The translations under genes were made by a program, and so were the position numbers. Of a stretch of DNA of 64,000 nt, positions 23,223-36,976 are shown one piece after another (the first letter of the stretch is position 1; each line of letters begins with the position of its first letter). The notes under the pieces are model-generated. The model ran no database searches, was not told where the DNA came from, and saw only the letters and a program-made list of their open reading frames with translations. Source of the stretch: Octopus sinensis (taxonomy: Eukaryota); contig NC_043012.1 in the NCBI RefSeq assembly GCF_006345805.1, forward strand, positions 11,346,001 through 11,410,000, written 5' to 3'.

Positions 23223-24622
23223 CAAAATGGTACAAGAACGCAAAACATCCAAATAGACGATACAAAAAACACGGACGGGTCATTCGAAGCCTTTAATCTT
23301 CAGTCAGAACCAGATCATCCTCGAGGTTCGGCAAAAGAAACCGATCGAATAAGTACTAGGCTTACAAAGAATAAGTCCTGTGCTCGACTAAAGGCGGTGC
23401 TCCAGCATGGCCACAGTCACATGACTGAAACAAGTAAAAGAGTAAACATAAAATAAGATATTATAATATATTAAGATATTACGATTTATAAAATACATTA
23501 TAATATAAGTGGCTATAGCAATTAAAACCAAATTGAAAAATCAATCAATAAGGGTGCCAAAATAGCACCTACAATTGCTAGAAATGAGTGTTAAAATTTA
23601 ACTCGAACAGCAACAGACAAGCATTAACCTCATGAAATATTCGGGACTGCAAGCAGCAAACTCTCACACAGAACCGCTTTCCTACTCAGCTCCTTTATCC
23701 TTTCGCCAGTTTTTTTCTTTTCTCTCACCGACTTTTCTCTTCTCACTCCCCTCACGTTTTCTCTTTCTTCTGGGAAAGGCCTAAAGTCTGAAACGTTAAT
23801 ATTCTTTATCTTCTTGTTAAGCGTTAAACTAATGCAGTATTTGTTAAAACGTTGCCTCACTTTTCCTTCTTTATTGTGCATTGCATTCAGTGTATGCGCA
23901 TATTAAGTGGAAGGCCACAGTTTTGCATCTACGTAGTAGAATTTTTTACGAAGAGCTAAATCATTTCAAGAAGCGCAGCCTATGTGACATTCTTTTGAAA
24001 TACTTTTCTTCTCAGCTGCAGACAGGAAAATATGACATCAAGCAATGCAGTAAACATCGATAGTTACTAATTAAAAAAATAGTTGATTGGATAATTCTGC
24101 AAATTAGTATCGTATTTTTTAAAGCGTGTTTCCGAGAAAACAGGATTTAAGATTGAAAATATATTTTCGATTTTACTTTAAAAAATTTTTACATTTCCTT
24201 CTTGCATGAAGCTTAGCGTGAGACATTTCCTTAACTCTTTGGATCCCCTAATTATCACAAAATCAACATTCTCAGATAATCTGAGGATTAGCAGCATCTG
24301 TCTTTTATGCAATTTGTCTAAAGATATAGAGAATTCATGTGTTTATACTCATTTTAGGGATAAGTAAGACCGGATAGACCCGGTTACAACTGATAGAACG
24401 AACGCGTTTGTGTGTGTGTGTATATATGTGTATGTGCGTGTGTGTATATATATTCATACGTATATATATATTTATATATATCTGTATATGTATATATTTA
24501 TATTTATATATATAATGTGTGTGTGTATATATATATATAATATATATATATACACATATGTATGTTACGTATATATATTCATTTATATATATGTATATTT
24601 ATAATACATATTTATGTTTGTG

Positions 24623-24654
<32 letters not shown>

Positions 24655-24662
24655 TACACATA

Positions 24663-24825
24663 GGCGCAGGCGTGGCTGTGTGGTAAGAAGTTTGCTTCCC
24701 AACCACATGGTTCCGGGTTCAGTCTCACTGCGTGGCGCCTTGGGCAAGTGTCTTCTACAATAGACTCGAGAAGACAAAAACCTTGTGCGTGGATTTGGTA
24801 GAAGGAAACAGAAAGAAGCCCGTCG

Positions 24826-24860
<35 letters not shown>

Positions 24861-25097
24861 TTGTGGTGTGTGTGTGTGTGTGCGTGTGTGTGCCTGCTTG
24901 TGTCTGTGTTTGTCCCCTCACCATCGCTTGACGACTGATATTGGTGTTTACGTTCCCGTAACTTAACGGTTTGGCAAAAGAGACCGATAGAATAAATGCT
25001 AGGCTTAGAATGAATAAGTCCTGGGGTCGATCTGTTCTGTTAAAGGCGGTGCTCCAGCATGGCCGCAGTCAAATGATTGAAACAAATAAAAGAATAA
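24663..25097 (+). mobile_element. SINE family B
   Basis: Full head to tail, as at 19457. Confidence 0.88.
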
Positions 25098-25301
25098 AGG
25101 AATATGTGAGTGTGTATATATATATTAAATACTGTTGGATTTTACTCATAAGGTATTGGAATCTTACGTACCATTCTGCCAAAAATATGGATCTACAAGT
25201 TCAATATCTCTATATATCTCACATCTGTTTTCTTTCCTCCACCTCACTCTCTATTTCATATCTTATCTAAATTAACTATTACGTAACCATCCTCTCACAC
25301 C

Positions 25302-25353
25302 GTCTCCGATGAAGGAATATAATTAATAAATATCCTGGAAACAGCCGCAAGAC
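25302..25353 (+). ncRNA. degenerate minimal hammerhead motif in a PLE-type fragment
   Basis: GTCT-CCGATGA-AGGAATAT...ATATCCT-G-GAAAC-AGCC-GC-A-AGAC; stem I GTCT/AGAC intact, stem III and cleavage site mutated. Confidence 0.45.
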
Positions 25354-25412
25354 CTTGTATCTATAAATGCTCTAATATCTACACACCCTGTTTATCTCAT
25401 GACGCAAAGAAT

Positions 25413-25487
<75 letters not shown>

Positions 25488-26217
25488 AGTGTTGTGTACT
25501 CTCGAGTACAGAACACTGAGTTTGATATAACTAGAAAGTTAAAAATATGAGGGCTGCATGTAAAGCAAGTATCACTTCGGGTCCTGTTTCTGCTATTATG
25601 TGTCCCCATTGTAACCCGAGACTCCATACCAAAATTGGCGTAATAGGCCACCTCAAGACCAACAAAATGTAATGCATAAAGGACGAACCGAACACACATG
25701 CTCTCTCTCTTTCTCTCTCTCGCTCTCTCTCTCTCACGCACACACACTCTAAACACATGACTATATGCAGTGTTTCACAAACTGTTGCTCCAGTTCAACC
25801 GTTATCGATCATCAAGCAAGATGGTTTCAAATAGTTGTAAATAAATATTATTTGGAAAATAATCAAATAAACATTTTAAAGTTGATTGCACAGGAAATTA
25901 TGACATTTCAAAATTAATTGAATAAAACGAAACAGAATATAGAGACAAATAGTTTCGATTTGGTTTGCAGTGAGAAACATTTTAAAATTTAAGAAACATC
26001 TTTGGAGTAAGAAGAAATAAATAGTAAAATTAATTAAAACATGAGGAAAAGAGTATCACAAATAATTATATGAATTTGGTATAAGGAAAACGGAATGACA
26101 GAGAGGGTTTGTGTAAGATAAATGAATGGATAATACCAAAAAGCTTTGCAAAACATTGATATATAGCATGAGTTTAAACACAATAATACAATGTATATCT
26201 ATATGTGTGTATGTGTG

Positions 26218-26785
26218 TATATGTTTATGTATATACGTAGGAGTGGCTGTGTGGTAAGTAGCTTGTTTACAAACCACATGGCTCCGGGTTCAGTCCCACT
26301 GCGTGGCTCCTTGGGCAAGTGTCTTCTACTATAGCCTCGGGCCGACCAGAGCCTTGTGAGTGGATTTGGTAGACGGAAACTGAAAGAAGCCTGTCGTATA
26401 TATGTATATATATATATATATATACACATATATATGATGATATATATATATATATATATAATATATATTAATTTTAATCCAAACGGGAAAACAGAAAAAA
26501 CAACAACACGTGGAACAATTACAGTATTATTATTAATAGGCGCTCAGGAAAGATGGAAGCAGGAAGGTATGACGTTTCGAGCGGAGCATATATATTATAT
26601 ATGAGTGTATGTGTGTGTATATGTTTGTGTGTCTGTGTTTACGTACCCGTAAAATAGCGGTTTGGCAAAAGAGACCGATAGAATAAGTACTAGGCTTACA
26701 AAGAATAAGTCCTGGAGTCGATTTGCTCGACTAAAGGCGGTGCTCCAGCATGGCCGCAGACAAATGACTGAAACAAGTAAAAGAG
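26218..26785 (+). mobile_element. SINE family B interrupted in its internal (TA)n by a PLE-type fragment
   Basis: Head at 26218, tail to about 26785; insert at about 26470-26590 homologous to 38345-38480. Confidence 0.8.
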
Positions 26786-26858
26786 TAGAGACACGTATGC
26801 ACATGCGTGCGCACACACATATTTACATATATTCTGAAATAGATACACACACACACAC

Positions 26859-27146
26859 ATATATATAAGTAATAATTTTATATTCGAACATACACCCTGT
26901 AGTATGCCGTTAAAACCCGCTCATAGTATTCAATTACCTCATGTCATCAACATTCACACCTACGATGCACCACAACTGTTTCCACAATATCTCACCCACG
27001 AGGCACCGGTGCACGATTGGTCGAAACGATCGTAGAGAAAAGTAAACTCTCGTGAGTTCCATTTAAATTTGTCTTATATTTTTGCACACGCACACACACA
27101 CATACATACACACATACACAAATGTATACATACATGCATACATGCG

Positions 27147-27188
<42 letters not shown>

Positions 27189-27494
27189 AGTAATAATTTT
27201 ATATTCGAACATACACCTTGTAGTATGCGTTAAAACCCGCTCATAGTATTCAGTACCTCATGTCATCAACATTCACACCTACGATGCCACCACAACTGTT
27301 TCCACAATATCCACCCACGAGGCACCGGAGGTGCACGATTGGTCGAAACGATCGTTAGGAGAAAAGTAAACTCTCGTGAGTTCCATTTAAATTTGTCTTA
27401 TATTTTTGCACACGCACAACACACATACATACACACATACACAAATGTATACATACAGCATACATGCGTACATACTACATACACACACCACACA

Positions 27495-27500
<6 letters not shown>
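26859..27500 (+). repeat. tandem duplication of a ~320-bp unit
   Basis: TAAGTAATAATTTTATATTCGAACATACACC... occurs at about 26866 and 27187; the copies differ mainly by single-base indels. Confidence 0.85.
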
Positions 27501-27542
<42 letters not shown>

Positions 27543-28092
27543 ATATATATATATATGTATGTATATGAAGTATTGTGTGTAAAGTGGACTTAGAGAATTG
27601 TGCTGCTATCATAGTAAGCACTTCATACGGAGTCGGGTATAAGTTCACGTAGTAATCAACTGGAAAGAAGTGTAGCGTAAAGTGTCTATGTAACTGAAAA
27701 TCCAGAAAATCTGAGCGATAAATTATTTTGTGAGGAATATATAAAGCAAAATGTCAATAGTACTACAGTAAGTCTTTGCTTTGTTATCTTTTTTATTGAC
27801 CAAATCGCTGTAATTTTGTCCAATTCTGGCTATCCATCAACTGTATCTACAAAGAGTGAATTTTGTGAGTATGTTTAGAGTTGAATTGTTGACATAACCA
27901 TGGTGTTCTGAGGGAATCTGATGAATCTATTACATGAGTTAATTAATTCATATAAATAAATAATAGGGCCCGGGCGCGCATTAGGCATTTATAGACGAGC
28001 ACGTCGTTCGATTCTCTACATTTTGTTGAGACTCGCACTCAGCCGTGCTCGTCTAATATATATATGTATATACATACGCACAAACGCGCATA

Positions 28093-28153
<61 letters not shown>

Positions 28154-28678
28154 ACACACAACAACAACACACCAACACACACCTCTGTGTTTATGTAAAT
28201 ATGTACTTTACGGTGAAAGAAACATACATCAATGACGAAAAGAACAAAAACTAGCTTGTCGGTATCTATTCCACCTGGGTTACAGAAACACTCCCACGTC
28301 GCTCTTGCCATCGGCTATTGTCCATTGTCAAACCATAACCAGCGTGAATGTTCCCTGTTGAGAAGTACAGAGATTGTTAAACATACAAACTTTGTGTTTG
28401 GCGAACTTTTAATTTTTTTCTGCTGCTCTACACAGCCTAGCGATTCAGTCATCCCTATCCTGCATTCGTCGGTATAAGGCAATATTTGTAAGATGAATAT
28501 GTGTGTGTGCGTGCATAGGCGTATGTGTTTATGGGGTCCTGTATATACATAAGTGTGTGCGTAAGGGCGTATATTATACACACACACAAACACACACACA
28601 TACATACTTCTAGATATATATATGTATGGAAACATGGGCTTCCATATATATTTAAATATGGATACACACACCACGTAT

Positions 28679-28742
<64 letters not shown>

Positions 28743-29006
28743 TGTAGTATGTATGTATGTATGTATTTATGTGTGCACGTGTCTATGCTTGTCTCCTCCC
28801 CCCGCCATCGCTTCACACCTATGCTGTGCGTTTATGTCCCCGTGACTTACCGGTTCGGCAAAAGAGACCTATAGAATAAGTACTAGGCTTATCTTATAAG
28901 GAATAAGTCCTGGGGTGCAATTTCTTCAACTAAAACCTTTAAAGTAGGTACTCCAGCGTGGCCGCAGTCAAATAACCGAATCAACTAAAAGAATAAAAGA
29001 ATAAAC

Positions 29007-29106
29007 NNNNNNNNNNNNNNNNNNNNNNNNNNNNNNNNNNNNNNNNNNNNNNNNNNNNNNNNNNNNNNNNNNNNNNNNNNNNNNNNNNNNNNNNNNNNNN
29101 NNNNNN
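29007..29106. other. assembly gap (100 N)
   Basis: Run of exactly 100 N. Confidence 1.
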
Positions 29107-29395
29107 CCAATCCAGGGTTATCCATAAACACACAAGACTGTCTTGACCTAAACAAAAGACAGTTTGTTTAATGGTAGGCTTGAATTCTACAAAGGCAAAC
29201 TCAAATAAAACCCAAAGCAACACACACGGACGTACGCACACGCACATGTATGTTATGTAATGTATATATATAGTATATGTATATATATATATATATATAC
29301 ATTATATGTATATATATATATACATTATATGTATATGTATGTGTATATATATATGTATGTATATGCATATATATGTGTGTGGGGGTGGGGGTGTA

Positions 29396-29443
<48 letters not shown>

Positions 29444-29458
29444 GTCTGTCTGTCTATT

Positions 29459-29507
<49 letters not shown>

Positions 29508-29524
29508 GTCTGTCTGTCTATCTA

Positions 29525-29559
<35 letters not shown>

Positions 29560-29722
29560 TTATATCTATCTATGTAGAGCTTTTCTTTTCGAAGATAGAA
29601 AGAGAAAAAAGGAACAAAAAAAGAAACAAATGTAAAATTCCGATCAAAAGGGATCGTAAAAAAAGAAAAAAAAGGAAAAAAGAGAGAGAGAAAAAGCGAT
29701 CAAAAGAGGGATCGTAGGTAGG

Positions 29723-29782
<60 letters not shown>

Positions 29783-30140
29783 AAGGGATCGTAGAATAAT
29801 AGATGATAGATAGATAGATAGATAGATAGATGATAGATAGATAGATAATAGAATAGATAGACAGGGAGGGAGGGAGGGAGGGAGGGAAGTAGTAGAGATC
29901 GGTCGTATAGCCGTACAAAATCAGCCTTTCAATTTCCGCTCCAGCTTAGGTCGGTTCGTTTCAAGAAGCATTTACCAATTCTCTTGGACTGTTCTTAGTT
30001 AAATACTCAGTTTCTGCATTCCCGCCTTTATTGTTCATATTACGAGTTCGATACTTTCTCGCGTAGCTCGTCAATTTACAATACCGTATTCCTATCGTTG
30101 ATGGTGTTTTTTCATTTATATTTTTATATTATCTTCTTAG

Positions 30141-30416
30141 TGGAGGCGCAATGACCCAGTGGTTACGTCGGGGGATCGCGGTTTCAATTCCCAGACCGGA
30201 CGTTGCGTGTGTGTTTATTGAGCGAAAACACCTAAAAGCTCCACGAGGCTCCAGCAGGGGATGGTGGTGAACCCTGCTGTATTCTTTCACCACAACTTTC
30301 TCTCACTCTTTCTTCCTGTTTCTTGAGTAACGCTGCGTCCTGTCCAGCTGGGGAAACACATACGCCACAGAAACCGTGAAACCGGGCCATGAGCCTGGCT
30401 AAAAAAAGGCTTGAAA
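30141..30416 (+). mobile_element. SINE family C
   Basis: TGGAGGCGCAATGACCCAGTGG head, GGTTTCAATTCC B box, tail GAAACCGGGCCATGAGCCTGGCTA; homologous to 378-635. Confidence 0.8.
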
Positions 30417-31634
30417 AGGGCGCATAAAAATAATTATCTCCTAGCATTACACCAGAACAAAACCCTATCTTCGATGGTCAAGACATATAACAAGAATGGA
30501 AGAGTCAGGTTTCCTCACCAAGTCTTATTCAATGAGCTCACTTCATAGGAAAAACCATGAGGTTACTCTTTTCAAAGATACACGGACCATCTCAAAATTA
30601 CACCGGGAAGCATTGGACTTGAGCATAAACCGTTTGAAATACAAGCCCCAGACCGTACCAAGTGGCGGTGTTCCTTCACCATCGGAACCAAAAACTTCGA
30701 AGCCACCAGAAGAGAAAACGAAGAAATCATACGACAGAAGAGAAAAATTCGGCAAAATCAATCTTGTCTTCCACGAACATTACCATGCAGACAGTGCCAC
30801 CTACTGTTCTATCAAGAATTGGTCATCAACGCCGTTGCCATCACTATCGTCATGAAGGAAGCGTTCAGCAAAGAAAAAAACGAAAATTTCGGATATGAGA
30901 TAAAGCCAACAACATCAGAACCATCTCCGTATTTGGTTTTATATTATATTTTACAATTATCGCCTTCATCATTTCCACCTGTCGGCTACAACTTGCTTAT
31001 TCGTCAGATACAATGAGGGACACGCCCCATATCACGTTAATTACAAGATTTGTAAACTATTTGTATATAATTTTCCACACCTTGTCAGTTCCGACATCAG
31101 AATCGAAGCAAACCTGTGATTAGCTGGTTGCCAAAAAAAAAAAAAAAAATTAATAAATAAAAAGCAAACAAAGAAAAAAAAATGCAGTTGAGATATAAAG
31201 TTGGACTCGCTTCCTGTAGCCTAAACAATGATAAGCTGAAGAATCAATAAAGCATTGAATATAACAGAAATGGTAGAAACCTAATATTGAATGGTAAACT
31301 CTACTTAAACAGCACCGAATAAACTACACGCGAGGACGCACACACAACAACAACAACAACAATAATAATAATAATAAATAATTATAACAATAAATAATAA
31401 TAAATTCACTCAGATTAGGAAACTTGATCAAAGTGCAATGATCATAAAACAGATCTCTTTGTACTTTAACATCAGCGACAACTATTTTGTTTTATATTTT
31501 TTTATGTATTGAATAAGTGGTTTTATATTTGCCACAGGGGCAACGGTTAAGGAAACATTACATGAAAAAAACTATATGAATAGCCAGAATTGGCGTTTAA
31601 AGAACGTGCTAACGGATAAGTATGAAACAAAATA

Positions 31635-32060
31635 GGATCTTTTCGGTTTGAACGGCAGTTTTTAACATAATTTCTAGGTAACTAAAAAGTTTTAAACTTC
31701 GTATACTGGTAGAATGTGTTTGTAAAACATCTTTTTCTCTTGGCTTTATTGAGAAAATTCTATAGTTTGTAAGATATTTGTTGGGTTTTTTTCTTCAATT
31801 TCTGCAATTCAACCAATCACTGACGTCTATTGAGGTAAAAAAAAAACATTCTGTGCCGTATGAATATGTCCCTCGTTTAAGAAACAGATTGGGTTTATTT
31901 ACACTTGTGAAGAAAAAAAGATACCCTTCCCCCACCCCTAACCCTAACCCTAACCCTAAAACAGATTGAAATGCAATAGATCGATACTATGGTCATAATT
32001 ATGGGTGACGATTTCGTATGACACCTCTAGAAAAAACTGCAGTTCAAACCGAAAAGATCC
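31635..32060. mobile_element. MITE with (CCCTAA)n, second copy
   Basis: TIRs GGATCTTTTCGGTTTGAAC.../...GTTCAAACCGAAAAGATCC; flanks ACAAAATA/AAAAAATA; colinear with 5659-6102. Confidence 0.9.
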
Positions 32061-33354
32061 AAAAAATAAATAACAATGAAAGCAAAAATAAAGATGAGAA
32101 TATCCGAAAAGACGGGCTACCACCCCGGGTATTAGCTCACTGACTGAAATTTATTAGCGGTCCTAACCCAGCTCAATATATTATTAAAATTACTGCTCCT
32201 TCCCCCTACCCCTGTACTAATAATGAGGAAACAAAATGGAGTTTACGTCTTGATAACTCTTCTTGTTTCGTCATGATGTTTAGAAAGTTAAAAACCCTTT
32301 AAAATACTAACAAAAACAATGATGACTTAGGGGTAGTTTAGGAATTCCAGGATTACTCTGACTACCAAGGGCAAGTGCTTTCTCCTAGTTTTGTTCTGGT
32401 GTCTACAAGTGTATGCTAATAGCCGAGCTAGTTTGTCGGGGTCTATTAATCATTTGGCGTACTTTTCGGTAAATTTAACGGCGAACAGCACTTTCCTACG
32501 TCTCTGTCTCTCTCCTCTCTCTCCCTATTTCTCTCTTCTTCTTTGTTTTAAAGTGGTATTGGAAGAAGTTGATAATAGATTAGCCTGGGAGAGAAAGCGC
32601 TATTTTCAATACATTCAGCCGAGTCCTCGATATAGCTTCATGTTTGCCATGAACGCCAGAAAGACGAAATTTAGCAAACTTCCATCACTAAAGAAACGCA
32701 GCTGAAAATCCTATCTGTTGCGAATATCGGGTAGATTCTAGAGGTCAGCCAAATACTCAAACTCGGTCTTTGCTTGAATTTAGGTCTACATCTTGGCCAA
32801 AGGAATGAGCAGCATAAAGACGAATCTCAAAATTGACGACCACATTTGCTTACTGAAGTCATGGACTAACACTGCCTCAGAACTATCAATTACAAGCTTC
32901 TGAAATTTATTGAAATTAGTTGTGGCAGCAGGGAGCCCCGCCCGCATCAAACATCAGAATTTCTTTTTTCTACAATGAGCGAAAGAGCATCTGCTCCAAT
33001 CTGGGTTAATTTTTTCTGGTATAAGGAATTACCCTGGCCACCCCACTAAAAGCTTCTTCCCAATATTTATCAACGGGGCTGAGCCCTTTCTCTAGCGACA
33101 GAAACCGCTAATCTGCAAGCGGTTACCCTCTTCTTAGGCCTGGGTGTAAGCGTCACCTCTGATTTGTCTAAAGGAATGAGTGTCTTCATGTTACTACTAG
33201 TTACACCTCCATTTTGATACCGACCACTTTCATTTGCTATGTGTCCGTCACAATCAGAATTTATCCGTCTCCATAGACACTGTCCTCGATTATTGGGCAT
33301 CAATCGATGCATACCTACACTTAAACATTCACAGACATACGAGCGCACGCACAC

Positions 33355-33392
<38 letters not shown>

Positions 33393-33491
33393 GTAATGGG
33401 AATACGTACACATATGTTCACACGTATACTAAGACATATACGTGCATATATTACACACGCACATATATATGTATATATATATATATGTATG

Positions 33492-33529
<38 letters not shown>

Positions 33530-33634
33530 TATACATATATATATGTATGTATGTATATATATATATATATATATATATTACATATATATACATATATATA
33601 TATATATATACATACATACATATATATATGTATA

Positions 33635-33678
<44 letters not shown>

Positions 33679-33683
33679 TATAC

Positions 33684-33714
<31 letters not shown>

Positions 33715-33760
33715 CAACATACATACATACATATATATATATATATGTATATATAGTATA

Positions 33761-33817
<57 letters not shown>

Positions 33818-34044
33818 GTATATACATATACATATATATATATATATTATATGAGCGTATAGTTACTCATATACATGTATAAACACTCACAAACACACTG
33901 CGCAACCATAAAACAAAAATACAAACAAACACACAAATAAAGACCTCAGTCTATAATTATGTAAACAAAACAGATAAGGTAAATAATAGAACTGAAGAAA
34001 AGAGAAAGTGATGATGATGCGACGACGACGACGACGACGACAAC

Positions 34045-34076
<32 letters not shown>

Positions 34077-34915
34077 CGACGACGATGATGATTACGATGT
34101 CGATGGTTGTGGCTGGTTTTGAGACGGCGGCGAGCGCGATGGTGAGGACTAAATGTCTAAATAGTATAAAGTCATTGTTTTATCATCCGGTAGAAGAAAG
34201 TTTTTGTGTCAGTTGCAGAAGATAGAAAATCCAAAACAAAAAAAAGAAAAGACAAAAAGGAAAAAAAGAAAAAGGCAGTGGTGGTGGTCGTGGTGGTACA
34301 GGAGGTGGGCGGTTAAGGTTTCTAGTTACCCTTTGTATCTAACAGCATCGATATTTTTCTGTTTGTCCGGAAACAATGTCGCTAGCTATGGACGAATCTT
34401 TTCCAAACTTTGCAAAGATATCCAGATGCAACCAATGTACATAAGCAAAAAGAACCCGGAGTCGAGATTCCCTCGGGGTAAAAAAAAAAAGAGTTGAATG
34501 AAGAAAAGAGATATAGAAAACCTGAGAGATGCAAAGGAGAAGTAGCTGAGTAGGAGTGTTAGTGGGATGTGAAGAAATGTTGTCAGCTTGTTGCGTCTAA
34601 CACTGATATTCTTTCTTCTTCAAATACACATATCCAGACTTCGACCGATAGCTGTTATGACAACAGACACACAAGGAAATGGCACCGTAAATATTGTCTG
34701 GGTATATGCAGTTATGTATGTATACATGTATGTATGTATGCATAAATGTGTAAGTATGTATGCATGTATGTATATGTATATATAATAGGCAATATATAAT
34801 ATATAATAGTTCAATAATAGGCAAATTACATTTCAATTAAAATCTATAATGTGTCCCCCATAGGCGTTGGACGAATTATATGAGAATATATATATATATA
34901 TAATACAATATATCC

Positions 34916-35003
<88 letters not shown>

Positions 35004-35071
35004 ATACAATTGTGTACGGGCATAGACAACGAGTGAAAAATGCGAAAACACTCGAGAGAAAAGTACAGGAC

Positions 35072-35773
35072 AAATTACCAAAAGAAGATAACTCCTCATC
35101 AGTTGTCGGACAGTTTATTACTCCTATCTCGTGCTTTTAACGACAAGATAGGAAAATTTCATAAGACAGCAGAATCCAGAAATTTTTAAAATATAAAATT
35201 CATGTAGAGTCAGGGCTTCGAACGAACAGACAACGCCAGAGTGGATGTACAGAGTAAACAATCGACGAAGATAAACATTAAGGGCCGTTAGGCCAAGACG
35301 AATTGTAATGGGTAACGCCTGGGAGAAATTTTTTCGAGGAAATAGAATGATTAGAAGAGAGGGAAAATAGTAGAAGAAAATAGTAGAATAGAATAATTAG
35401 AAGAGAAGAAAATAGTAGAAGAAAAATGTCGGGAGCCGAGAGATATGACATCCAGTCCGGTGAACGTGTAGTCCAGAAAAGTCAGAGGCAAGAGAAATGA
35501 CCTGTAGCCATTGAAAAAGTTTCTCCCAGGCTTTATCCACTACAATTCGTCTAAGCCTAATGGCCTTTAATGTTTGTCTTCGTCGATTGTTTACTCTGTA
35601 CGTCCACTCTGTCGTTTGTTCGTTCGAAGCCCTAACTCGCCATGAATTTTATATTTTTAAAATTTCTGGATGCTGCTATCTTATGAAGTTTTCCTATCTT
35701 GATGTCAAAAGCACGAAATAGGAGTAGTAAACACTCCGACAACAGATGAGGAGTTATCTTCTTTTGGTATTTT
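35072..35773. repeat. long inverted repeat (~265-bp arms, ~175-bp spacer)
   Basis: 35072-35336 is a diverged reverse complement of 35512-35773. Confidence 0.88.
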
Positions 35774-35940
35774 GCACATACATACTTATATACATACAGG
35801 GTGGCGACAACTTGTCAAAACTGCTCTTTGTTCTCAGATTGAACCCCCTATCATAACTGATCAACAAATTTAAAAAAAGCTGCTACAAGAATGGATCCAG
35901 TAACGCCCCACACATTTTCTTAATGAGATGATTGCAAACC

Positions 35941-36370
35941 TTTTTTTTTTTCTAGTTTCAGCTCAGAGCTGCGGCCATGCTGATGCACCGCCGTTTTGTG
36001 CTACACTGTTATTACGACGAACCTCGTCTAATATGTGGCACTTGGTGAAGAATGGAGTTTGATATAGCTACTCTCATTTGCACCTCTTGTCGTGAGGTAG
36101 GTTCATCTGGGACTCTTGACAGGAAGATGTCCAGCTTTGATTTAAAAACCGGTACATCTACTTTGTGCAAGTTCCTCAGACTCTTTGGGAGAATATTAAA
36201 AAGCTGTGGGCCCTTGAAACCCAGGCTGTTGCAGAAGCTGGTCCTGAAGCGTGATGGCATTGCTGGGATCTTTGGCACTATGCAGTGTCGTCCCGTTCTA
36301 GCATTGGTGTAGCTTACAATGCCAAAATTTGGCACAATTCCTTTCAACTTCATACCTCTTATTATTGGAG
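35941..36370 (-). mobile_element. CR1/L2-group LINE 3' end with 3'UTR and poly(A)
   Basis: GIVPNFG...RTGRHC...KGPQLFNILPKSLR...FKSKLDIFLSRVPDEP, then a stop, a short UTR with a hairpin plus GAAAC, and an A-tract. Confidence 0.85.
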
Positions 36371-36732
36371 CAACATGGTACATACCAGCATGTCTGGAGC
36401 AAAGGATGAACTTGTGTTCTTGGGGAGGGAATGCAACCCGTTTATTCATACGTCACAAATCATCACCATATATGGGACAATAAAAATGCGTAATTCCTTG
36501 AGATTTAAAGAATGACGCACAAAGCAAGGTGCTTTCTTTCCCAGCTTTGCTACCAAGCAGGTGGCCAGTCGAAATTAGTTCTAAATTATCAAAGAGAAAA
36601 AGAAAACCTGCATACTTACTGGCATACATGCACACATGCCTACGCATATATACACTCATATATACATATACATATAAATGTATATCTGTGCACGCACATA
36701 TGTTTATATATAAACATATACATACTTTATAA

Positions 36733-36771
<39 letters not shown>

Positions 36772-36781
36772 CACACACATA

Positions 36782-36824
<43 letters not shown>

Positions 36825-36836
36825 TCACACACATAC

Positions 36837-36976
<140 letters not shown>

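Noticed and set aside
28432-28478. CCGACGA-A-TGCAG...CTG on the minus strand
   Set aside because: It lacks GAAA and a credible stem III.
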